From Balanoglossus misakiensis (taxonomy: Eukaryota; Animalia; Hemichordata), in assembly GCA_040954595.2 (NCBI GenBank), contig CM082591.2:2021745-2085744 (forward strand): 64,000 nucleotides of DNA, in the 5' to 3' direction. Below the pieces are notes generated by a model. That model did no database searches, was not told the DNA's origin, and worked only from the letters and a program-made list of their open reading frames with translations. Position 1 is the stretch's first letter. Each line of letters opens with the position of its first letter. Made by a program: the position numbers and the translations under genes. Positions 35,501 through 47,500 of this stretch are shown here, one piece after another.

Positions 35501-37253
35501 AGTCGATGGAGAAGTCTTAGATAAAGTGTATTTATTGTCTTTTGGGATTGACTGTTTCCGCTTGACATTAAATATTTTTTTTTCAGGAGCAAGCGCGTGA
35601 CCGCAGATGCATATATGAATTCTCAACTAAGAAAACAGTATTTTGAGAGCAAAGCCTCGGCACTTAGGGAAGCTCTCCAAGCTTTACAACGCGGTAAAAG
35701 AACCGAAGACGACGCCGATGAAATGTAAGTTCACTGGAGGTCACGTGTCATGTGATTATCGTCAATGCTTCTCTAACTACGTAGGAAATATATACCTGCA
35801 TACCGTGGGAATTAGACGGCATTACAGCAAGCCCCCACGCTCCAAGCTGTGTCGTGATTCGAACAAAGTGAGCGACCGGCAGAAAACTAGATTCACTATT
35901 TCCCTAGGGAAACGGCCTTCCCCCGTCGCTACAAATTGATGGAATTTATGCAAATTATCAACAGAATCGATTGAGGATCGGTGGACCAACTCATGACTGA
36001 ATTTCTCGAACGCACCACATTTGGAGTTACGAGATATGACGTCATAGCTTTAATCTTTGCCGTACCAGTCAATGGCATCGTGAACGGTTGACCTCCTACC
36101 AAGCAGAGGTCATAGGTTCTTCCAAAATCGATCCATTAATTCGACGAAAGTCGTGGTCGTGCGGCGAAATGATCACAGCATGTATAAAGCATGCTCCGTT
36201 TAGGCCAAAGTTTGTTCTCGCTCAGCGCAAGTCGTAATGTTTAACGTCAATGGGTTGAATTCAATCAAACGCTATTTAAAACAATTCGTATATTTTTCCT
36301 TTCGTAAACGACTCATTTGACACAAACGGATACGCAAACATGGAATGAATTTGATCAGTTTCCGGGTTTATCTGGTCCCTGTATTCACATAGCCAATCAC
36401 AAGCCACCTATGAAAATATGCAAATTGTTCAGATGGTAAATCTGTGTTCAGATACAATCACAATTGTTCCATACGGACAGGTGTCTCACCATAATTGTTA
36501 TATAATAGATTCCATTGACCTTTTATCACAAGCATTACATCAACTTGCTTTACTGTTTTTATTCATTAAAATCACTGCTTCACTTTCACATTCAGACCAC
36601 TAAATGCACGCCACCAGCTTTTGCTAATTTCATGATGTCACCTTTTTTGTTGTGTATAATAACTGGAATTTCGTTAGCCCCTGCCCTTTGTTTGTTTTTC
36701 TCTTGTGTTGTCTATGTCGTGCTGCACCGTCTCTGGCCAGCAGTCCTTAACCGTGGTATTGTGACATCATCGCCGGCAACCCGATACGTGAACGCGTCCA
36801 TCATGATCACAGTATAGGAAATGCGTATTAGATAACATTATTAAGGTGGATGTTAAAACCCTAAATTGGTCAATTTTATGTTAAATTATAATCGAGGATA
36901 ATAGTCGCCTGCCATTTAGAATTTTTCACTTTGCACGCTTTTCTGATGCTGCTGTTAAAATTTCCTAAATGCACCACCAGTAGAACCATTTCCTGTTTAC
37001 ATATTACGCTAGCACGTGTTCACAGTTCCCGCCTTGTTTGCTACTTCATGAAGGCTGAATCATGTCGCATTCATGTCTGCCGATTTTTGACACATTTGAT
37101 TATGCATATTTCACACGTAGTGAGAAGAGGAACGCCAGCGACGCTTTACTTTCGACCTTGCTGAGTAAATCGGTCAGATCAAAACTCAGAGATGCAGCTA
37201 GACAAGCTATACTGTCCAGATCAGTGTCGTTGAGGGCGGGCAGAACCTCATAG
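29502..37253 (+). CDS. Secreted multi-peptide prohormone (342 aa): signal peptide plus 7 exon-encoded PTH/secretin-glucagon-superfamily-like peptides
   Basis: Coding exons 29502-29575 (MNKSLIVAVVVIVLVAVKQSYGTP, signal peptide), 30566-30688, 30978-31121, 31828-31971, 32541-32675, 34847-34984, 35587-35724, 37121-37253 (stop). All 7 donors are GTAAGT, all introns are phase 2, the six internal exons are multiples of 3 (123/144/144/135/138/138 nt), and the total is 1029 nt with no stop. Each peptide exon starts x-K-R (one x-K-K) followed by a homologous x-x-[AS]-[DE]-A peptide. The gene structure is seen directly; the family assignment is inferred. Confidence 0.9.
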
Positions 37254-40200
37254 AAGAAGGTATGGGTCCCGTTCACACACAAAAACATGGCGAGACGTTT
37301 TCAGTGGTTCAATCACTCCACGTGACATTTTACGTCATCACCACGTGTTTCACGTCAACGTTCGCGTGACGCGTCTGTGAATAGTGCCAGAAAATGCCGC
37401 GAAATGTGATCATTGGTGTTCTCTTGTCTCAGTCGTTGTAAATCAAATCAGCATGTATCATATATCTTAACGATCATTATGTCTACATCTTTGTGATTTA
37501 TGTTACCGTACCATACCATCATGCATCGTGAACCACAAGTTGTATTTTTATGTTTCTACCTTGGCTTGAAATGTTTGATCTACAAGCACAATAATAAAAC
37601 TTGCTCGTGTAAGGTATATTCGTCTCAGATAATACATTTTCTCAATTAAGATTTTTTCCTATATTACTTTTATAGGAACTAGGAACGCCATAGAAAGTAT
37701 TATTGTGCTCCTGTAGGACATGAGGAAGACAATGGAATTACGAGCAGAATTATATTTTTGATGTCAAAATATGAGAAAAAATTCTTTCCTTTGTAATTGC
37801 TACATTGTAGTGCTGCCATGACAACAAAGTGTCACCTGTTGGTCAAACCTCCAAAAGTTATTCACAAATGCCTTCCAAAGACATGTAAATTATTTCCGGT
37901 TGCTAATCTCCAAATTTCGCCATTTTGTAGGCATAACCGCCTTTCAAACACTGTAATTTATTTCCGTAAATAAAACAAGGTTTTCCGTGTGTTTAAACGT
38001 CTCTGGGTAGCCTGTCTCACAGAGAAATATGACCTTTAATGCAAATTACTGACCTCTGTTGATCAAAGGGAAATAGCCGTTAGTTTTTGAAACACGTGAT
38101 TACGTCCCCTTTGGGACCTGGACGGAATTTAGACATTTCAAGTGGTAAATTTAAATACCATAGTTGCTTACTGTTTACGTGTGTCTCTAATATAGAATGA
38201 TCTGCACTCTAATTGATGATTTGTGGCTATTCATTTGCAGCCAATATCAACTTGAGATTTTGGATGTGCGTTTCCTGTAGATATGCATCTATATGCCTTG
38301 TCGCGCTTCACCGAATATAGGAATACCTAAATAATAGTTTACGCCTTCAGGCCAATTTTACAATTCCGGTCCATTTTAGTACAGTTTTGACCATTCATTT
38401 GATGAAAAGACTTGGCAAAATTTCAACTAGTGATACGTTCGTTGACAATTATAATTCAAACATACATGAAAGTGGCAACGGGCTTTGTCTAGAAAATAGG
38501 GTATATGCTCAGCAGTCGTTCAGTGATTAAATAATGTGATGTCCATCAATATTTTGAAGAAGTCAGTAAGGTTTCACGAATGTTTAAAATGGTAATGTTA
38601 TTAATGTATGCAAAATACGAGGCCGTTTAGAGTGTCGTGTGCAACGCTCGTGACCTCTAGAGTGCCGTGCGCAACGCACATGGCCGACTAAAGTTTCTTG
38701 CGCAAAATGACGAACTACGTTTACGTTCTCATCATTACTAATTCTACATGTAGTTATGTATTTACCAATATTTTCATCAGTGGCCAATTTACCAAATATT
38801 GGAACTCATACGACCGACGTCTTTCAAGGTCAAAAATGTAATTTTGCACTAATAGTCTAGACAAGCTAGAAGATACACGCCACCAAGTTTAACAGAAATA
38901 GATAAAGTGGCTTGAAAACATGCACGTGAAAATAGTAGCATTCGATAGCTCTGCCATTTTGGTAGCTGATTCATTGATTATGAAGACATTTATTCTCTCT
39001 TTGTAAAGGTATCTTTAACATGGAATTATCACTTCATACATATCACATCGTTGTCGAATGTATTTTGTGCAATAAAATATTTTCAGCCGAACCACCGTAG
39101 ACTCATAGTCTTTCTCGACCGAACAAGAAGGCTTAAAGGTTCTATTATCCGGGCTCTGTAAGGGACTGTTCATTTAAAATTCTTGGACGGATTTTTATTA
39201 TCCATACCACTCACTGTGTCCGGTTTACTCAGTGGTAAACCGGATTGTTACAGCAACAAAGACTAACATATAATTGACAAGGAGGGCAACAGGGGTGAAA
39301 AATTATTTTAAACAAGGAGAGAGAAACGAAATCCCTTCACGGAAAAAAGAAGCCGTAAATGGGTTTCCAAGGCAACACTATACGTTGTGGGCTTACCTGA
39401 CACTTCATTTCAAGAGTGTGTTTTCTGTGGCCTATCCATCCATCCATCGATGACGTTGTGGCACCCCAACGATGCAATTCAGCACTTTTTTCGGATTGCG
39501 TGATTTCTGGCAGCATTCAGCAGTTTCACGACCACTTGGAAACGAACACAAAACTCCTTCCGTATTTACGCGTATTGGCAGTCTTCCTTGAGAAAAGTCC
39601 ACCTCAGTTTCCACGTCAAAAATGGCAATGAGACCCTCGATCATACTGGTACACGTAGAGCGACTCCGCAATGGTGCATAGGGCTTCGCTTTCTCCAACA
39701 AAATGAAGGAAGCGTGCTCCGTGTGGAAATCTGAGAACACCTGTTCACATTTTCAACCAATCAGAAATAGCTTTATAAAATTCAAATTAACAAGGTGTTT
39801 GGACATGTCACCACTTAGAATAATTATACGTTATATAAAAAACATCTGCCGTAGAGGGTGCCCTTGCGCCCACATCCTGCGGAGGCTGGCGCATTTCCAC
39901 ACAGAGAAAATAACGAGAAACAGTGCAATGTAAAATCATGCCAAATTTAATGCTATAAAACCCTATCTTTCTAAACGTATATCTCGTTGCTAGGATACAG
40001 TTGTACAATATGTATAAACCCACCACCTCAATTGTTCTGGTGTATCAACATTTCGATCCGCTAAGCGTCATTCAACAGACAAAATCGGTCACTTGGATAG
40101 AAAATAAACTACATGTACATGCCAAAAGAACAAGTCAACATTCGAAAACTCTGTTAATGTTTGTGACACACAGAGCCTTGTCAATCATTGACAGAGTGAG

Positions 40201-40798
40201 TCTTCTATGCATCACTGAGTTATAACTTTTAAATAATACATAAAATACGATTAGCCATCAAATAATCACAAATACTGTTAAAACAAATACATCTAGTTAA
40301 TTATCAAACATGTTGGCTATTGTAAACTTTTAACTTGCATACTATGTGTTAATACTTTGCTACCTGCTATAAAGCTGCAGTATTTTAGTGATATTCTATT
40401 TTTCGGTTTCATATGAAGAGCAAAAATGATTTGACTCAACTAAGTTTTTAAACTTAGACAGCATCTCGAGTACAATATTCAGAATTTAAAAAAAATACAT
40501 GTACACCTTTCATAAAAAAATCCGCTTTGCGTATGTCGTATTCTGACGTCATTTCCACTTGCATCACGAGGTAAAAACCTGACGCAAAGACGAGTATGGG
40601 TTAAAAACAAAGGTAAATTGCATCATTTGTATGAGGGCGCATGTTGTATGCTGCGACCACAGACACTCGAAACTCTCGTTTCGAGAGCCCATGGATTCGA
40701 CAAGCATCACCGAACATAAGCAGAAGTATGGTTCCAACCGGTCCGGATCGACGAAAACTGTCCAAGTCAGTTAATCTGTATATCGTTGGCGGCGCTGT

Positions 40799-42711
40799 TT
40801 AATGATGATGATCACCTGGTTCAGCCGCATGCCCCGACATATCGTGGTGGCTCATCATTGAATCTGTCCCATTATGGCTGAGGCTTGATACATCTGGTTG
40901 TCCTGCAAAAAAGATGCGGAAAACGGTCAATGTGAATGTGACTTGAAAGGCCCTGTACACGGGTGCTGCACCCGTTTAAGGCTGCATTCACAAACACCTC
41001 TGGAGGGGGGGGCAGGAGAATTGAGGGGGGGGATTTGAAAAAATTGAGGGTATGTAAGGGGGGGGATTTGAAATAATTTAGGGACTGAAAGGGGGGGACT
41101 TGAAAACTTTAACAACTAAATATTTATTTTGAGTCCACAAAAATGCAGTTTCGCGCCCTTTATTTTACAAAATTTTCTAATGTGGGAGGGGGACACCCCC
41201 TCCCACACCCACCCCCTCCATTCATCAACACCTTTCAATCATTGACTGGTTTATCTAGCGTCCCAGATCAGGGGACTTGCCCCACCCCATGATAACTTTG
41301 AGCGGCGACGGTTAAATTTGTCCTCCCCAACATACCGGTAGTTGAGTTAATTTGCTTTTGCCGGGTTCATTAAAATGCAACTTTGAGCTCTGTATATTAG
41401 AAAATTTTCTTACGTGGGAGGGGGACACCCCCTCCCAAACCCACCCCCTTCAATTCTCGGTTTACAATGTCTCCCAACACAGAATACAAATATATGTACT
41501 AAAAAATAAAAACAATGTTCAGTTTTAATACCCACTGATGAGGGGAAACATCAGCTTCAAATTCTTTTCATGGGAGCGCTGTTTTTCTTTTTACAAGATA
41601 GATAGGTGATGTGTTTTGCTCTGTGAAAGAAAATGGGGGGGGGGATTTCAAAATTTTGGCAGTTCGGAAGGGGGGGATTATAAAATATTGGCAGTTCGGA
41701 AGGGGGGCGTGTGAAAATTAGCGGTAAAAAAAATTGAATTCTCCCGCCCCCCCCTCCAGAGGTGTTTGTGAATGCAGCCTAATCGGTTTCCATACAAAGA
41801 GTACGCAGCTATCGGACAAGACATCCGTTTTAATTTCATTGTTCTTTAAAACACTTTTCATTTCCCCCGTTCTGTTTTCCTTACTAGCGCCACGCATGTA
41901 AAGCAAATGAGATATGCCTGGTTTGTTTTTTGCACAGGCAGCCTAGCAACGCTACCTCGTTGTCAACGATGACGAATGGATATACCATGATATATGTTTG
42001 CTCGGTCAAAGGTTACCCCCCCCCCCCCACACACACACACACACACACGCCCAGTCGTACATATTTGTGTAGAACCAGGGTAGAAAGGATAACATGCGAA
42101 GGTGCACGTAGGATCCATATCTCTATAATATGCAAACAACCCATTTGAAATATGCCGTGCAATTCGATTCGATGTAAAAGCTCGCCCTTGACGTCATCCA
42201 CATTCTGGTTCTGCTTGGTGACAAGGTACGCCTAGCGACAAGGTGTGCGTGTCAGTCGGGAATGGTCGGATATGTTCGGGACGTCTTTGTGCTACTGTTG
42301 CTCGTGGCCGCTGCTGTATATTACTGACAGGCATAGAATATCCTTGCGGCTGTATATTATAGCCCCAGTTAAAATGAGAATGTATTGGGCCAAATTTCGA
42401 TATTCAAAACTATAATTTAGAATTCAATTAATAGTTATCTTTTAAAGCCTGAATCTGTTACAGCCGCCTGCTTTTTCATATCTGCTACGTGGAAATAAAT
42501 TACTGCTGGTTAAAACTGTACATGACGTATTCATTGCTATCTCAGTCCGTGGCGAATATTTGCCGCGGACGAAACCCACTAGGTTAAAACAGTAATATAT
42601 CCTGGGTGACATACCTGTATGAGCGAGCATAAGTCCTATGACGATGGAAACGCCAAGTACAATGGACAAAATGGACGTGATTAGTTGGCACAATACTCCA
42701 ATTCGAACCAT
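40799..42711 (-). CDS. Candidate 66-aa single-pass membrane microprotein with His/Met-rich C-terminus
   Basis: Exon 42711-42615 (Kozak ACCATGG; MVRIGVLCQLITSILSIVLGVSIVIGLMLAHT; donor CAG|GTATGT) joins in phase 1 to exon 40902-40799 (acceptor TTTTTTGCAG; GQPDVSSLSHNGTDSMMSHHDMSGHAAEPGDHHH*). Upstream UTR intron plausible (donor CAG|GTGAGT at 43105/43104, acceptor before 42874). No homology evidence. Confidence 0.6.
40980..41779. mobile_element. 800-bp non-autonomous PIF/Harbinger (Tourist-like) MITE
   Basis: TAA|GGCTGCATTCACAAACACCTCTGGAGGGGGGG...CCCCCCCTCCAGAGGTGTTTGTGAATGCAGCC|TAA: perfect TIR of >30 bp and 3-bp TAA target duplication. Internal duplicated gtgggagggggacaccccctccca hairpin motif; no transposase ORF. 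Confidence 0.9.
42016..42048. repeat. Poly-C plus (CA)n microsatellite
   Basis: cccccccccccccacacacacacacacacacac is directly visible. Confidence 0.85.
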
Positions 42712-44524
42712 GGTCACGTCAGCTTGTTCACCGGACCCGCCAACTTCGCAAACAGCCCTGTTAGATTTACAGAAGTTGCACTCAGTTCCAAGCGAAGCTA
42801 TCTCTCTCTCCTTCTCTCTCTGTATTTATATCTTCTGCCAAGACAAAGAGCTTCCCTGGATCCTTGATAGAGACCTAAAGAGACAGTCAAACCAGATTAT
42901 TTCAACAAAACGTCCCGAGTGCAGCCTTCAGAGATCCAACATGGAGACAAATACCGAACTATTCAGATCATGGTCGTGCACTTTGCACATCCCGTACGTC
43001 TTGTCAATCATCAACGCATAACTTCAGTTGAATTTTAAACCGCTTAGTCCAATCCCACCCCAACGAATGAGTCACTAGCGTGACAGGCAGTGTTAATTAC
43101 TCACCTGTGCAGTGTCAATTATAGTTTCTGTCGGGTGATAAGCTTAGTAATAATGGACAAAGACAACGAAATGACACGTACGTCCCTCTTTGCCCGCGAC
43201 AAGCGCCATCTTCACCGTACGACACAACCTGGTACCGTTATTTAATAAGTTTGCACAGCACCTGTCCAATTGCCAACCGAAGTTCCTGGTGATGTTTGCT
43301 GAACCGCGGCAGTCACGCGCATATGACGTACAATAGTACGTGATACCAGTCTCCACGAACGAAGTCGGGAGTCGGGGCAAGTGTTTCGACCGTCCGTACG
43401 TCTGTGAACGAGTGCGCGTGCTCTCCTCCCCCTATGCATCGGAGCCATAACTTAGAAATGTGCAGCAACCGATTTTATTCAGCTTGTCACATATTTTGGT
43501 AATTTAGGCCAGGCATGTTAGTAATGGTTCTGGAAATATCCCAATACCCTATGTCAGACAATGATGTCACACCACACATAGCAAGTCTTCACACGCTGAT
43601 CGCACGTATATCACATGGCCTACACGTTTCATTTACTTAAAAAAGTCAGAAAGGATTTATTCTAGTACTTAGCTGCTAAATACACAGGTGCAAAAGGATT
43701 TTAATGACTTATAAGTGCACTTATATATGTGATAGAAGTGCGAGCAAAATGTATTAAAGTCAACACAACTTGTATTCCGAGTAAATGAATATTAAAAATA
43801 CTGAGCTCTCTTTTTACAGGGTCTCGTGATTTTTTGTCCAAATCACAGTATACAGTCCAGCTGCTTAAAAATCAGGGTTAACAAAACATTAAAACTCATT
43901 AAAACCTTAGAATAAAGAATTTTGAAATCATAAAATGAAAGCTCTTTGCAGGCAGCTTAACAAGAATCTTAAAGGCCAAGATTTATTGTCGTGAGCATGA
44001 TACACGCCCCTTTAAGCAAGATGAAGAACTTTTGGCTGGATTTCTAAATCCACAATACAAGTAACACAGGAAACGATTGTTATAAAAAGTGAAATAAGCT
44101 AAAATTCACCTGTCTTGGGAGACAGTTTCTAATAAGACATGTGCGTCTGTTTGGAAATCCTTGGAAAAGAGAACATATTTCAGTATTTTATGTTTGAAAT
44201 CACAGTAACAAAGGCCCTAAGACTTGACCAGTTTTGTTATTTAAAATAGAAAATTTGATACACTCATTCATTTCAAATAACACATATGCAAAACTGAATG
44301 ATGTATGATGTCGTACCAGAAAAATACCAGGATGTAAAGGTCACGCAGGGGTCATGAAAATGGCCTATTGCCCCCATGCTGCAAAGAACCTGTACCACCA
44401 GTACAATACACATAAACTTAAAACAAAGAGTAATGAAAACTGGCAGCAACAACCTCACTACCTTCAATATATACACAATCTCAAAGTTATAGCTCTGAAT
44501 ACAAAATAGATATTACATGCTTTC

Positions 44525-47500
44525 TCAGTGATAATGTACAATTTCATTGGGTCGTTTCTTCCTCTTGTTCAGCCTCAAGGGTTGATCAAGTGATGAGTCG
44601 ACGTAATCTGACACGTATTTTTCCAACAGCCTTGTCAGATATTTGTCTAGCCTCTTGCCAGCTTTGCCCACTGCTGAATCCGGCTGAAAAATAAGAAATG
44701 AAAATTACTTCAAATGATGTCTGAGACTTTCATGAGTACGATTTGCTTCTTGGGTTTCCAAGAACTTTCTTACGGGGAGTGTTATACACTGAAGGCCTAC
44801 TGTGGTCTCTGTACTGACAAAAAGACATTGAAACAACACTTTTCTAGCGAGTTGTCCACAATGAAAATCTTGGATTTTTTTCATCTTGTTTTAAAGTGTT
44901 GTAGGAAAATTCTTAAATACTTACTGCATTGAAGAGGGCACAGTTTGAAAACACCAGTCGACAGTCTGATATGAAATCTTCTATATTCTCATAGCCATCG
45001 AGTTTACATTTGATTGTACTTAGATCCATTGGATTAGCTACTATCTTGTAGTAATTTGGGACCTGAAAACAGAGAAAAATCCAGTGCCATTACTCTCATA
45101 CCTGCTACAAATCCTACAAGCTTCCACAACTGCTGAAGGAATAACCAAGAATGTTTGGGTAAAAACGGTGTACTATGGTACTTTTCTTACCGATTTCGGA
45201 ACAGGCTCGTGGAACGGTGGGCTTGCCTTGTGACAGAACAGCTCCAGTAGAATCCTCCGACATACCTGAAAGAGTGCGCATACCATGCACATCAGTGTCA
45301 AGTTGGCATGGGGCGTATCATGCCTGCTACTCTAGTAGCAGTCTGAGTGTACATGTATAAAGCAGAGTGACTTTCTAGCACTAACGTTTCAAGAAACAGA
45401 AGTACAAAGTGTGGGTGCCTTACCTTCCTTTCAAATTCATCTAATTCAGAACAACGTTTCCTCTTTAGGGACTCGTCACCATCAGTATCGTGTTTCACGT
45501 CTGTCGGTATGACCTCGCATAAACCACAAACCCATGTGTCACTGGAAAATAAAGTAAAAGAAGTCATATTAGAACACACCACTTAATTTTTTTTAAAGGG
45601 CAACGATCGTCTTATGCGCATGTGCCAAACCAGAGACTCTGGGGTAACAAAAATTGTATACAGTCAATGAATAAGGCAGTGTGCTGTCCTATCAACAGAC
45701 AAGATGGCGGCCACCATAGGAAGAGAATTCAAAATTTATCTTACATGTACCTGGGTGTGGAAGTCAGAGATGGAATATGACACTGTAAGTGGAAGACTTT
45801 CGGACATCTCTCGCAGCAGAGAAGATCACCGCCGTTATGACAACAAGCGCAGTAGTCCTCGCTTTCATCGTCGTTCTCTCTTCTCTCTGTAGACGCGAGA
45901 GGCGGTTCTGGAGAGTCCGGTCTCTTGTCGTCGCCATCAACGTGCCCCTGACCTCTTCCACTCTTGTGTGATTGTTCAGCTGCCCCACTTGCCATGTTGA
46001 GGAGTTCCTGAAATATCCACAAACATCAAAGCATAAAATGCCAGGTTTCATGGAAGTTAGGCTCCAGTACTAGTACCTCATGTCTACAGCAAGTCACTGT
46101 TTATTATACTTCTACCACCATTTATACAAACAAAACAGCTTTCAATGTGTAATGCGGATGTACAACTTACAGGAAACAATGAGAAAGGATCATCTTCTCC
46201 CGGCATACTGTTGCTCCGTTTGAAGGTAAAATCCAGAGGAGCTGTATCCTTGTCTTCCGTGGGTGCTCCTCCACTGCACGCACTCCTCTCTCCCGAGACT
46301 CCTGGTTCCTGCTTGATCCGTACACCACTGGTGCTGGGTTCCGGAGTCACACTACCCCTGCTTTCACTGCAAGGAAAGGCAAGACACACTTAAGTAATTG
46401 CGATCAGAGTATAGATATCTTGCAACATTCATGCTATTCTTGGGTCGGCTGCACTGAACTCTGATTGACCTATACAGAACTTTGACTTACCAAGAACTTG
46501 TATTGCTGGATGGTCTTGAACTGCCTGTGTGGTGAACCCCAGTGGTGTCCACTTGACCTGACCCGCCCCCACTCCCTGACGGAGAAGCGTCTTTCCGAGC
46601 CCCCTTTTCGAAACTGCACGATGGTTTCTCCTGGGGGGACTCTGGTTCACTCTTAATTTCCGTTTTGGCAGAAGTGATGGTGTCCTGCCGTCCCTGGCCG
46701 AAGGGTACGGTCACTGGCATGGATGGGGGACTTTGAGGTGTTTGACGATCCCCTCCACTGGCACTGCTCACTTGGTTGTTGTTCCCCTGAATGGGCGGAA
46801 TGTTGGTGAACACCGACTCCTGCAGATCGCGCACCGAGGGACTCAGCTGGCGTAGGGTGCTCGGCGATAGACGCGTCAGGTTGCCGAAGGAAACCACGTT
46901 GGAGATGACTGGGTTTCCTTGCGGGGCGTTCTGTTGCGACGGCTTCGGCGCGATCAGCCTGGGATGTTTAGGTTGCATTGGCATGTGCGAGAGTCTGGGT
47001 GGCTCCTTCTTGATGCTGGCATGCTGCATCATCTGCTGGGCGAACTGATTGAACTGCATTCTTTGCTGCGGGGTAATCGGTGCTGACATGGAGTTGGGTT
47101 GTATCTGCATGGTACCCGATGCACCTGTTCGCTGCTGCTGCTGTCTTTGATTTGCCAGTTGCTGGAGGGTGATCTTCTGCTGTTGTTGTTGCTGATGCTG
47201 CAGTTGTTGTTGCTGCTGTGGGCTCATTTTGTGCTGCGGATAGGGACCCTGGCCATACTGCGGCGGAGTTGACTGCTGCTGCGGCTGCCTGCCCAGGAAA
47301 GCCTGCCTGGGCGCCTGCTGGATCGCCTGATTCAACTGCTGCACCACGCCGCTAGGGTTGTTCCCTTGCCCCGAGGCGTCGCTGATCAACAGCACGCCAA
47401 ACTTAGAGATCTGCTTGGTGGCATTGGTCATGTCGAACAGGAACTTCACGTCCATGCCGAAGATCGGCGTCTTTATACAAGGAATCCGTAGCACATTGAT

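Noticed and set aside
33586-36640. Other AG acceptor candidates (~33585, ~36595) as additional peptide exons
   Set aside because: Phase-2 translation reaches a stop within ~15 codons and lacks the KR-xxAD pattern.
42200-42420. Alternative terminal exon for the microprotein (e.g. ...VIYSSGHEQQ*)
   Set aside because: Weaker acceptor than the TTTTTTGCAG before 40902; cannot be excluded as a minor isoform.
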